DNA of 64,000 bases from contig CAUYUJ010000206.1 of assembly GCA_963575745.1 (NCBI GenBank), positions 1 to 64,000 of the forward strand, written 5' to 3'. Shown here in pieces: positions 37,220-46,601 of this stretch. The notes under the pieces are model-generated. The model made no database searches and was not told the origin of the DNA. It worked only from the letters and a program-made list of their open reading frames with translations. A program made the translations under genes and the position numbers. Position 1 is the first letter of the stretch, and the number at the start of each line of letters is the position of its first letter. The stretch is from Prorocentrum cordatum (taxonomy: Eukaryota).

Positions 37220-40200
37220 ATGGTAGCCGGAGCGTGGATGAGAATGGGTCGGGACAGGCAACAGAGGGCGCGAGGACGTCCGAGGCACCACGGCAGGCTG
37301 GGAGCCCATCGGCTGAGGCGGATGCAGCACATCAGCAAGGCGGCGAAGCAGCAGAGGGCCGCTGGTGGAGCTCGTGGTGGCAAAGCTGGTCGGGGGCAGG
37401 CTGGGACTGGAGCATGTCCGACTGGGATGACAACAGCACCCACGGCTGGACTAAGGTGGGCTCGCAGCCCGTCAGGAGTAGGGATTTTTCGGCGCCTCCT
37501 TCCTTTCCCGGGCTAGATCACCTGGAGATCTTCACGGCCAACTTGCAGGCATGGTCCAAGAGAACAGGGGTTCTGCCAGAACACCAGGCCAGCAAGGTGC
37601 TCGAAGGCTTCGAGATAGATCTTCAGGGCAAGCGCAAGGGGATACGCCACCTTCTTGATGCAGAGGACGGCATAACGGAGTTGCTCAAGCACTTGCACCT
37701 TCTTAGGGGGGAAAAGCCAGGCGACAAGGAGCGAGAAGCTCACAGCGAGGCGCTGTTCGATTACCTGATTCGTCCGACAGAGTCCCTCACTGCTTTCGTC
37801 ATCAGGCGTGACAGCCAGATTGCTCAAGCAGAGAGGTTCGGTCTCACGCTTCCAGACGCTGTGCAGGCACGCTACTACGAGGAGGGCGCACAGCTGACCA
37901 AGCATAACCGCATCAACCTACGGACCTTGATGGGCGGAGACAAGACAGTAGCAGCGGTTAGACGAGCGCTCTTGGAGCTTGACGTCTCAGAGAAGTCGGT
38001 TCTCCCTCAGAAGTCAGCGACGCCGGCGAAGAGTTTCCCAGCAGAGCTAGAGGGCTGGGACTCGGACTCGGAAGACGGCGACGAGACGCTCGACCTCTTT
38101 GAAGTGGAATTCCCCGAAGATGACGCGACAGTGTTTCTGGGGGCGCTGGACGACAAAGACTTGTGCGAAGATGAGGGATACCAGATCTTCATGGAGATGG
38201 CTTCGAAGCGAAGGCGGACCTGGAAGGAGTCTAGGCAAACGAAGGCGGCGAGAAAAGTTGACCGAGACTTTTTCGACCGTAAGCGAGGTGGCAAAGGTGG
38301 AGTCCTTTCGCCTCCAACTCCATCTCCCGGCTTCAAGCGCATCAGCAAGGACGACTTGAAGAAGAGAACGCGTTGCACAAATTGTGGAGATAAAGGTCAC
38401 TGGCGAGAAGATTGCAAGAAGCCATACAGGTCGAAGGCGGACAGACTCAAGTCGGAGGGCAAGAGCTTCTACTTTCAAGTGGGATCGGCAGCGGGCTCGA
38501 GCGGAAGCGCCTGGGCGATTTTCGCCGAGGAGCTGGCCGAGGCGATCGCGTTGGTGACGGCTAGCAGGTCAGACTCATTTTCGGGAGTGACGCTGAGGTC
38601 GATGGCAGACCAGGCTCTGGTAGACACGGCAGCGGCCCAGGCTTTGATAGGCGTCCCGGACCTCAAGCATCTCAAGTCGGCTTTCAAGGAGAAGGGTTTC
38701 AAGGTGCACGTTAGGTACCAGGACGATCTTCCTTTCGCCAACGGCGTCGGAGGGCGCGTCCGCCCGGTCGCCAAAGCTTTCGTTCCAGTATCATTTCACG
38801 GCTGTGGGGTCTTGGAATTTCTCGTGTTGCCGCATCCTTGTCCTCCCTTGTTGCCAGCAGGGTTCCTGGACTTCATGTCGGCCAAGATCGACCTAGCGGC
38901 CAACCAGATGACGGTGGGAACGGACGACACCACCACGCTGGATATGACGAAGCTCCCATCAGGCCACCGCACGATCGGTCTGATCGGCAAGTCCCCGTCG
39001 GATTTCGTTCTCGACCCTGATCTGGCCCAGAAGTTTCCGTCTTCTCGGATCGGCTCGGAGAGCGCCTGGGCCATGAGCGTGTCGAGCGGCTCAGACAGGT
39101 GGGAGCGGGGCGGCAACAAGCTGAGGCTGGTGTTCACCAAGCCCCGGCGTGCCATGCCAGTGAAGAAGGATCTGAGTGAGTCTCCCGTTCCGTCGAGCTT
39201 TCTGGAAGACGAGATGGTCACGACTTGCAGGTTCAAGAATCCCGACGGGATCTACGTCGAGCACATCTTCGAGGGCTCGGTATCCGACCTCGAGGACGAT
39301 GCGAAGCTCATGCCGGACTACTGGGTCGGGCACGTGGAGTTTCAGGTGACGGCGCCGCCTGTGCAGGACAGGAGGGGCGGGCCGGGGCCGCCTGCATGCC
39401 AGCAGTCTCCTCCTCCTCTCTCGTCGTCCGAGTCGTCGTTCGAGTCGGGATCGATCGCGACGGGACTGAAGTCAGGGACTGACGAGGGGTCTCGAGACCC
39501 CCTCTCCTCCGTAGCCCCTCTCGGCTCGAGCTCGGCCGATTCTTTCGTCCACGTATCGCCTCCCAGCTCGCAGCCGGCGGGTAGCCATGCCGGTGCAGGT
39601 TGTCAAGAAGGGCGCCAAGCCGGGTTCGAGGTCAGTGGGGAACCTGCTGGGGCGCACGCGCGCCTCGATCAGGAACGCAGGCGGGCTCGCTCCACCGACG
39701 CACTACGAGGAGCCGGCCGAGAGCGAGATCGAGGAGAACTGGGGCGTCACGCCGGATCCCTGGAGGGACACGCAGCTGCAGCAGATCGACTACTCGGAGG
39801 TGGAGCTCAGCGAGGTCGAGAAGGGTCTGGTCAACGAGGGCGGGTTTATGTTCACGCCCGCGGAGACGGGCTGGCGGCGCTTCGCGCTGAAGCTGCTGGC
39901 AGTACTGACCTCGTGCGCTCAGTCGAGGCTGATCTCGGTGCTCGCCCCCTCGGTGATGCCGGCGATCGCCAGCAAGAAGATCTTCGCGACCGAGAACTGC
40001 CCGCACCCCCTGGAGCACCGCAAGCGCCGGGCCAACCAGCATGCGGCCTGGATCGTCTGCCAGCTGTGCAACAAGCGTCTTTCGTGTCACTCCAAGACGG
40101 TCGAAAAGAAGCTCGAGGCCAAGATCAAGAGGGAGTGCGAGAAGACCGAGAAGTCACAGAAGGCCAAGAACGAGCAGGACATGATCAGGGAGGCGGTGGA

Positions 40201-42477
40201 GGCCTACCACGCGAAGCAGGAGCACGTGAAGCAGGAGACTCTCGACGAGCCGGGTGCCCAGGAGGTTCCACCTCATCATCCGACTTACCGCAGGGCCGTG
40301 CCCATCAGCTCTGCGTGCCCGGTGTTTCCCCGCAGCGAGGGGCATCCAGGAGTGCCGAACCACCTCTCTTGGAAGGTGCCGCCGCCGGGCTACGTGGCGA
40401 TCGACCTCGAGGGACCGGCCGCGACGAAGGCACCTCCGACGGCACGCAAGTCCTCTGGGGTCGCGCACCTGACGCGTGCCCAGGGCCAGAGCGGAATGCT
40501 GAGGAACCAGAACCCGACGGTCGAGAGTCACCTGATGGAGGCGCTCTTGCAGAACCAAGAGTCCAACCGCAAGGAGATCCTGGAGTACATGTTCGCACAG
40601 AGGCAGGAGTCGCAGGCGACGAGGGAGCAGTTCGAGCAGCTGATGAAGGTCTTGTCGGCGAATCTTCGTTCGGGCGGATGATCGGCTTCGGGATCGGAGG
40701 GGCCTCCGATCGAGCCAGCACCCATGGAGACGCTGGACGACGAGTACGGCCCGAGGCGCCTCTCGTGAGCAGCTGCCCGGCTCAGGACAAGCTGGACGGC
40801 GACCTGGTGGCGAGTGAGCCGCCACGGGCCTTTGCTTCCGCTGACGCCGGGTCCTCCATATTCGAGGCTTCGACGAAGATCGAGGTCGAGTCTGCGCACG
40901 CGATAGCAGGCTCCACGGACGCCAAGTCTGACCCGGGCTCGAGCAGAGCTTTGGATAAAAAGAAGTTCAGTCGTTCCACGATTTGGGAAATTTCGTCAGC
41001 CTCTCAGGAAACTCAGGAGAGGCTTCGCCAGATCCTGCGCCCGGGGACCGATCCGAGCGGCTGGACCGCCAAAAGTTTTTCAGTCTGGGACTCTGGGGGA
41101 CGCCGCGAGCATCTGAGGGTCAGGTCGGGCTTGGAGGCTCGCTGGGTCTGGGATGCTGACACGGGGGGGCATGTCTCTCTGGAAAGGCTCTCGGACGAGG
41201 CGCAGTGGCAAGCCGAGGACGTCGGCCCGAGCGAGAAGGCCCAGTGGTTGGTCTACCTCGCTCTTCGAGCCGCGGACAGCCGCGCGATGGAGTGTCCTAG
41301 GTCGGGGGTTAGGCGTTTGAGAGTGACGGCGACGGACCGGGCTCGGGACGTGGTGGACGCGCTGTGGGCCGGGGCCTCAGCGTCAGGGCTCCAAGAGGCC
41401 TTAGCCGGATACAGCGCCGATCAGCTAAGGTTTACCGTTTGGTCTCCTGGTCGCCCGTCGTCGGACTTAGCTTCCCAGATCCCTAGCTCTTGGGTCGTCT
41501 TGGACAAGAGCCCGCTCCTTAGCAAGCGTCGAGAAGCGCCCGAAGCAGCAGTTCCCCGTCATGTGCGCCAAGACGCCCTTAGAATGTTCGACGGGGTAGG
41601 AATCCGAGCCGGTCGCAAGAAGCTAAGGAAGGACCTCATACGCCATCTTCGACGAGAACAGAGGACCCTGCTTTTGGAGCTTTTCTCGACCCCTCGAGTC
41701 TCAGTGGAAATGGTTCGTAGGGGCTATCAGGCCTCCCACGCTATCGATCTTAGGACAGGTTGGGATCTTCGCCAGGCGAGTCAGAGGGCCAAGCTCTGGG
41801 AGGTCATGGAGAAGGACGGGCCCGAGGTCCTCCTGATGAGCCCTCCTTGTAAGGGTATGAGTGTCGCCAGGGTCCCTAACTGGGACACCATGCCGAAGCA
41901 CGATAGAGATCGAGTCGAGCAAGAGTGTCTGATGATGTGGGGTCTGTGCATGCAGCTGGCGATGTTTCAGCTGTCCAAGGGACGGTCTCTCTGGATTGAG
42001 AATCCGTACGGAGCCTTCTCTCAGCAGCTGAGCTCGACGAAGGAGCTTCTGAGCCAGCCCGGGGTCCAGGTGGTTCGGGGAGACCAGTGTGAGTTCAGGC
42101 TCAGGACCCTCGACGGGGGTCTGGCCATGAAGCCCACGAGCTTCATCTCGAACAGTCCGGAGCTTCTCGCCGTGTGTCACAGGAGGTGCACGGGGCAGCA
42201 TGAGCACTCGCAATTGGTGGGCGGGGCCAGGACATCAGCAGCTGAACGGTATCCTGAGCGTCTGGTGGACGCGCTGATTGAGGGCGTTGAGCGGACAGGT
42301 TTTGCCGTTCTGTCAGCTAGCGAGCCGGAGGCCCTCTCGTTTCCGGCCGCCGCTGCCCCAGGGGCAGACCCCCACCCGGTTGACGGCGGAGAGATCAGCG
42401 ACTCCGAGGAGGAGGGGGAACTCGAGCGTCCGGGCCCTGAGGGGGCCGAGAAATCCGATGCCTCAGGTTCGGTTTGA
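37198..42477 (+). CDS. Copia polyprotein part 1: Gag, CCHC knuckle, aspartic protease, linker, C5 DNA methyltransferase
   Basis: In-frame ATG inside U5 (37198); CTNCGDKGHWREDC (38374-38415); ALVDTAAA (about 38623); ELFS / SPPC (41839-41850) / IENP (about 42000) / DQC / KPT; ends at an in-frame TGA. Confidence 0.9.
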   Translation: MPDGDDLNGSRSVDENGSGQATEGARTSEAPRQAGSPSAEADAAHQQGGEAAEGRWWSSWWQSWSGAGWDWSMSDWDDNSTHGWTKVGSQPVRSRDFSAPPSFPGLDHLEIFTANLQAWSKRTGVLPEHQASKVLEGFEIDLQGKRKGIRHLLDAEDGITELLKHLHLLRGEKPGDKEREAHSEALFDYLIRPTESLTAFVIRRDSQIAQAERFGLTLPDAVQARYYEEGAQLTKHNRINLRTLMGGDKTVAAVRRALLELDVSEKSVLPQKSATPAKSFPAELEGWDSDSEDGDETLDLFEVEFPEDDATVFLGALDDKDLCEDEGYQIFMEMASKRRRTWKESRQTKAARKVDRDFFDRKRGGKGGVLSPPTPSPGFKRISKDDLKKRTRCTNCGDKGHWREDCKKPYRSKADRLKSEGKSFYFQVGSAAGSSGSAWAIFAEELAEAIALVTASRSDSFSGVTLRSMADQALVDTAAAQALIGVPDLKHLKSAFKEKGFKVHVRYQDDLPFANGVGGRVRPVAKAFVPVSFHGCGVLEFLVLPHPCPPLLPAGFLDFMSAKIDLAANQMTVGTDDTTTLDMTKLPSGHRTIGLIGKSPSDFVLDPDLAQKFPSSRIGSESAWAMSVSSGSDRWERGGNKLRLVFTKPRRAMPVKKDLSESPVPSSFLEDEMVTTCRFKNPDGIYVEHIFEGSVSDLEDDAKLMPDYWVGHVEFQVTAPPVQDRRGGPGPPACQQSPPPLSSSESSFESGSIATGLKSGTDEGSRDPLSSVAPLGSSSADSFVHVSPPSSQPAGSHAGAGCQEGRQAGFEVSGEPAGAHARLDQERRRARSTDALRGAGRERDRGELGRHAGSLEGHAAAADRLLGGGAQRGREGSGQRGRVYVHARGDGLAALRAEAAGSTDLVRSVEADLGARPLGDAGDRQQEDLRDRELPAPPGAPQAPGQPACGLDRLPAVQQASFVSLQDGRKEARGQDQEGVREDREVTEGQERAGHDQGGGGGLPREAGAREAGDSRRAGCPGGSTSSSDLPQGRAHQLCVPGVSPQRGASRSAEPPLLEGAAAGLRGDRPRGTGRDEGTSDGTQVLWGRAPDACPGPERNAEEPEPDGRESPDGGALAEPRVQPQGDPGVHVRTEAGVAGDEGAVRAADEGLVGESSFGRMIGFGIGGASDRASTHGDAGRRVRPEAPLVSSCPAQDKLDGDLVASEPPRAFASADAGSSIFEASTKIEVESAHAIAGSTDAKSDPGSSRALDKKKFSRSTIWEISSASQETQERLRQILRPGTDPSGWTAKSFSVWDSGGRREHLRVRSGLEARWVWDADTGGHVSLERLSDEAQWQAEDVGPSEKAQWLVYLALRAADSRAMECPRSGVRRLRVTATDRARDVVDALWAGASASGLQEALAGYSADQLRFTVWSPGRPSSDLASQIPSSWVVLDKSPLLSKRREAPEAAVPRHVRQDALRMFDGVGIRAGRKKLRKDLIRHLRREQRTLLLELFSTPRVSVEMVRRGYQASHAIDLRTGWDLRQASQRAKLWEVMEKDGPEVLLMSPPCKGMSVARVPNWDTMPKHDRDRVEQECLMMWGLCMQLAMFQLSKGRSLWIENPYGAFSQQLSSTKELLSQPGVQVVRGDQCEFRLRTLDGGLAMKPTSFISNSPELLAVCHRRCTGQHEHSQLVGGARTSAAERYPERLVDALIEGVERTGFAVLSASEPEALSFPAAAAPGADPHPVDGGEISDSEEEGELERPGPEGAEKSDASGSV
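37221..37237 (+). promoter_or_regulatory. Primer binding site, probably for initiator tRNA-Met
   Basis: TGGTAGCCGGAGCGTGG, 1 nt after the LTR; TGGTAGC...GCGTGG is the expected complement of a tRNA-iMet 3' end (one extra base). Confidence 0.8.
39587..40681 (+). CDS. 364-aa ORF overprinted in the +1 frame within the copia polyprotein; Cys/His motif and coiled coil; function unknown
   Basis: Own ATG (GCCATG context) and TGA; natural amino-acid composition; CPH..N.HAAWIVCQLC motif; the polyprotein frame here is G/A/R-rich yet stop-free. Confidence 0.78.
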   Translation: MPVQVVKKGAKPGSRSVGNLLGRTRASIRNAGGLAPPTHYEEPAESEIEENWGVTPDPWRDTQLQQIDYSEVELSEVEKGLVNEGGFMFTPAETGWRRFALKLLAVLTSCAQSRLISVLAPSVMPAIASKKIFATENCPHPLEHRKRRANQHAAWIVCQLCNKRLSCHSKTVEKKLEAKIKRECEKTEKSQKAKNEQDMIREAVEAYHAKQEHVKQETLDEPGAQEVPPHHPTYRRAVPISSACPVFPRSEGHPGVPNHLSWKVPPPGYVAIDLEGPAATKAPPTARKSSGVAHLTRAQGQSGMLRNQNPTVESHLMEALLQNQESNRKEILEYMFAQRQESQATREQFEQLMKVLSANLRSGG

Positions 42478-45400
42478 ATTCCACGGGAACTCCAGGACGA
42501 GGTCCACAAGTTACACGTGAATTTGGGACACCCCCGGCGAGAGCATCTGATCAGGACGCTAAAGGTCGCTCAAGCAAAGCCTGAGGTCATCAACTGGGTC
42601 AGCAAGCATTTCGTGTGCCCTGGATGTCAGTCGGCCTCTCGGCACGGCTGGCGCCGGCGCTCGTGCCTGCCGCGAACCTATCGGTTCAATAAATTGGTCG
42701 CGGCGGACCTTCTGTATATAAGTGCCCTCGGCGAGACTAGGCCAGTCCTCAACTTGATCGACCACGGGTCGAACTTCCAGGTTTGCGTCCTCCTGCGCTC
42801 GGCTTCGGCCGTCGAAGTGTGGGGGGCCTTTCTGCGGTGTTGGGTGAGGCCACTCGGTCTGCCTGAGACCGTCATGACAGACGGGGGACCCGAGTTCGAG
42901 GGAGCCTTCTCCCGGGGGCTGGAGCAGGAAGGAATCTTCCAACACGTGTGCGACGCGGAGTCACCCCACCAGAACGGGCGCTGCGAGCGTCATGGGGGGC
43001 TCGTGAAGGCTGCTCTGGTTAAGGCTTCTGGAGGCACTGCTCCAGCGACTCTGGAAGAAGTGGAGGACCTTCTCTGCGAGGTGGTCGCGGCCAAGAACCG
43101 TTTTGCCCATAGGGGAGGGTTCTCTCTTTACCAAATGGTTTTTGGGGAAAATCCCAGACTCCCTCGTTGCCTTTTGTCGGGCGATGCTCACGACGAGGTC
43201 GGGATCGACGAGGCGGTGAGGGGCTCGACTGACGCGGAGTCTCCGTCGGCAGCTTTCGCGAGGAAGCATGCTTTGCGAGAGGAGGCCCGGCGGGCCGTCA
43301 TGACCATGGACGTGCGGGGCCGTCTCGTTTCTGCCTCGCGTGCTCGCAAGCATGTGGATCCAGTGTTTTCCCCGGGGAGTTGGGTTTACGTGTGGAGGCG
43401 TGCCCCCTCTCAGCCTCGCGGCAACGTCGGTAAAAGCAGGTGGACTGGGCCCGGGGCCGTGGTTTTCCAGCAGGGAACGACGGTTTGGGCGGCGATACGC
43501 TCGCGTCTTTTGAAGTGTGGGAGCGAACAGGTTCGTTGGGCCACCAAGGAGGAGTCGTGGGGAGCCGAGCTTCTCGACTCTCCCTCTTTCGACAGCCTCA
43601 GGCGCGACCTGAAGGACCCAGGGAAGCGGGTGGGAGCGGTTGACGTGGAGTCCGAGGGGCCCCCTCCTCCAGGTGCTTGGGACGTGGCGGCGCCCCCTGA
43701 ACGCTCGGAAGGCGCAGCTGCGGTGGTGGCCCCACCCACTGCTCGAGGGGCTGAGCCGGTGGTTGCTCCAGAGGATGATCCTCCTGCCCCTCCTGCTCCT
43801 CCTCTCCCCTCTTCGCTCGAGAGGGCCTCGACGGCCCAACCTCCCTCTTCGATCCAGGGGTCCGTGCCCACGCCCGCGGTCTCTCGTCAGATCACGGATC
43901 CGGGAAGCGTCGATCCCTCCCCTCGTCCTCATCAGAGACCAAGGCTGGAGCAGCCTCCCCCTCACCAGTCAGCGCCTCGGACCCCGGCAGAGCAGCTGCC
44001 AGCTTCTGGGCGAGCGTTGGCGCTCGCGAGAGAGATCGACCCTTCGATCCGGCGCCGCAGCGCTCTAGATGACACTCCAGTTTCGATTCGCCGTGGCGAT
44101 CTGCGCCCGGCTGCCTCTTCCTCCTCCGACGCTCCTGGCCAGCCGAGCTTAGGTGCTGGTGGCGGCGCAGACGCCGTCCTGGAGTCCGGAGGGCGTGCGA
44201 GGTCGCGAACTCCCGAGCCTCGCCTTCTCGAGCCCAGGGATGAGTCCCTGAGATCGGGCACGGTTTTTGACAGATACGGTGCTCCGGTCTCGAGGGTCGC
44301 CGATCGGGCGATTCGAGACGCTGGCTTGGAAGATGTGCCTCCAGATCAGAGGATCTTGGGTTCCTGGTTTGAGGGCGGCGGCGAAGACGAGCAGCCAGAG
44401 TTCGACGAAGAGCAGGAGGAAAGCCTATGGGCTGAGTTGTGCGGGTGGTACGGCTGGGAGCCGTCTTTTTGGGTTGGGGGAGATGACACCTTCGCGGAGA
44501 CTGGGGGCTGTTCTGGGGAAGGGGCCCCTCCCAGTCGGAGAGGAGCGGAGGTTTCGTTCAAGCATCTCTCGGAGGCCGAGAGACGCCTTTTCGTTTTCTC
44601 AGATGCCAAGGAGTGGCAAGCGATTTTAGATTCAGGAGCGGTGAGGATCGTTCCTGCCGCCGAGGCGGCTTTAGTGCGCAAGCGTTTTCCTGATCGAGTG
44701 CTGGGTTCCCGGATGGTCCGACGTTTTAAACCACAGGAGGGTTTGGGGTCTGAAGATGTTGCTAAATCTCGATGGTGCGTGCAGGGGCACCATGACCCCG
44801 ACAGTGATCAGTTACAGATCTACGCCCCCACCCCCCAAGGGGAAAGCATCATGTTGACTCTACAAGCGATTTGCTCGTTGGGTTGGACCTTGGAAGTTGC
44901 AGATGCTAAGAGTGCATTCTGTCAGTCCAACAGACTGTCTCGTCCACGTGGACAGATTTTCTGCGAGCCCTGTCAGGGGCTGAACCTCGCCCCAGGCGAG
45001 CTCATTGAGCTCATTGCGCCAGTGTATGGATTAAATGATGCTCCATTGCTGTGGCACCGCACGCTCACACAATGGTTGTCCGAGGACGGCTTCCGAGAAA
45101 TTCCTTCTCGAGCCCTGTTTGTGGGTGAAACGGTCGGGCCAGGGGGAACCTCGCTCCATCGTGCTCATAGAAGTGGACGACCTTATAGTGTCTTCGCACC
45201 CCAGGGAAAGGGCCGGTTTGAGGGAGCGGCTCCAAGGCCGTTTTAAATTCGGGAAGTGGAAAATCGGGGAATCGGATTTTGCGGGGAGGCATCTCAAGCA
45301 GGTGGGGTCTCGTATTTTTGTGGACCAAGAAAAATACGTCGTTGAGCAGCTTGCCCCCATGCGTCTGGCTAAGGAGCGCCGTGCTGTGCCGGATGATCTT

Positions 45401-46470
45401 CTCACCGCGGAGGAGATCCGCCACTATCGTACGATGGTGGCACAGATACAGTGGCTGGGGAGGGAGTCTCGTCCGGACGTGGCCGCCGGAGCCTCTTTGC
45501 AGAGTGCCGCGCTGCCTAGCCCCACGGTGGCTGACGCCATCATGTGTTTGAAAATAGTTAAGCATCTCAAGAGTTCGGCGTGCCAGAAGATTACGATCTG
45601 GCCTCTAGACGCTGCTTCTCTGAATTTCGTGACTATTTCCGATGCTGGTGGCCCCGGGTCCGCTCGTAGAAACGGGGCCCAAGGAGGATGGCTCGTGTGT
45701 GCGGCCGATGCGTCGATTCGGCAAAATGTGAGGTCCCGGGTGTCCTTGCTTTCTTGGCGTTCGGTCAGGTTGAAGCGCGTGGTCGCTTCCACGGGGGCTG
45801 CAGAGACTCTGAGTTTGAGTGCCGCGCTGGCCGAGGGCCAGTGGCTCGCCATCATGTGGCGAGACTTGCTTTTCAATGACGTGTGCAAGCCCGAGTGGCA
45901 CCTCTCGCAGGCGCCCTTCTCTGTTGTGCTGAGCAGGGACTGTACCTTGTCTGAGGGAGTGAGCTCGCTTTCGGTCGTTGACGCGAAATCAATTTTCGAT
46001 ACTTTGTCTCGCAACAGTGCGGGCTCCCGTCAGGACAGGAGAACGGCGATTGAGCTCGCTGTCGTGCGCGACAGTCTCTCGGCTATAGGCTCTCAGATCA
46101 GATGGGCCCCTCATGGCCGCATGGCGGCAGATTGCCTTACTAAGGCAGACTCACACGGGGAAACGTGGCTCTCTCGGATCTTCTCAGTCGAGGTTCGATC
46201 GTGCTCGTGGATGAGGAGGGACATATGACAGAGAGAGCTCTCAACAATGATCTGAAGAGTCGGTCGCGCGCGTCGTCCCGTCAGGCTCTGAACCAGCCGG
46301 GAGACGGCTACTGGGTCGGGGATCAGGCCGGGGTAGGCGAGAGGGGTGAGGAGGAGGGCAGGAGTTTCGGGCCGCTGTCAGATCCACTGAAAGTAGTCCC
46401 GTTGTGGTCGTACCCCCACTCCCCTCCTCCCTGTGTGTCCCTTGGATCTGACCGTAGCCTGTTGGCTTAA
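42478..46470 (+). CDS. Copia polyprotein part 2: integrase, RT, RNase H (frameshifts at about 45100 and about 46158)
   Basis: HVNLGH..CPGC; AADL / TDGGPEF / NGRCERHGG; KSRWCVQG / DAKSAF / YGLNDAP / EVDD; SDA / AAE / VDAKS / ADCLTK; same frame as part 1 across the TGA. Confidence 0.93.
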
Positions 46471-46601
46471 GGCCGCCGGGTCGGCGGAGTTTCTCAGTAC
46501 TGTACTGTGGTGTTCAGAGGCGTGCCTCGGAAAACTCTATGCCCATCCTTTGATAACTCGTTATCTTTCGCCTTCTTCGATGCCCGACGGAGACGATCTT
46601 A
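46403..46601 (+). repeat. 3' LTR (TG...TA)
   Basis: 198/199 identical to the 5' LTR; followed by CATG. Confidence 0.96.

Larger units (their letters stand above)
37021..46601 (+). mobile_element. Full-length Ty1/copia LTR retrotransposon carrying a DNA cytosine methyltransferase domain
   Basis: Two 199-bp LTRs; PBS; TSD CATG (or ACATG); domain order gag-PR-(DNMT)-IN-RT-RH. Confidence 0.96.
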
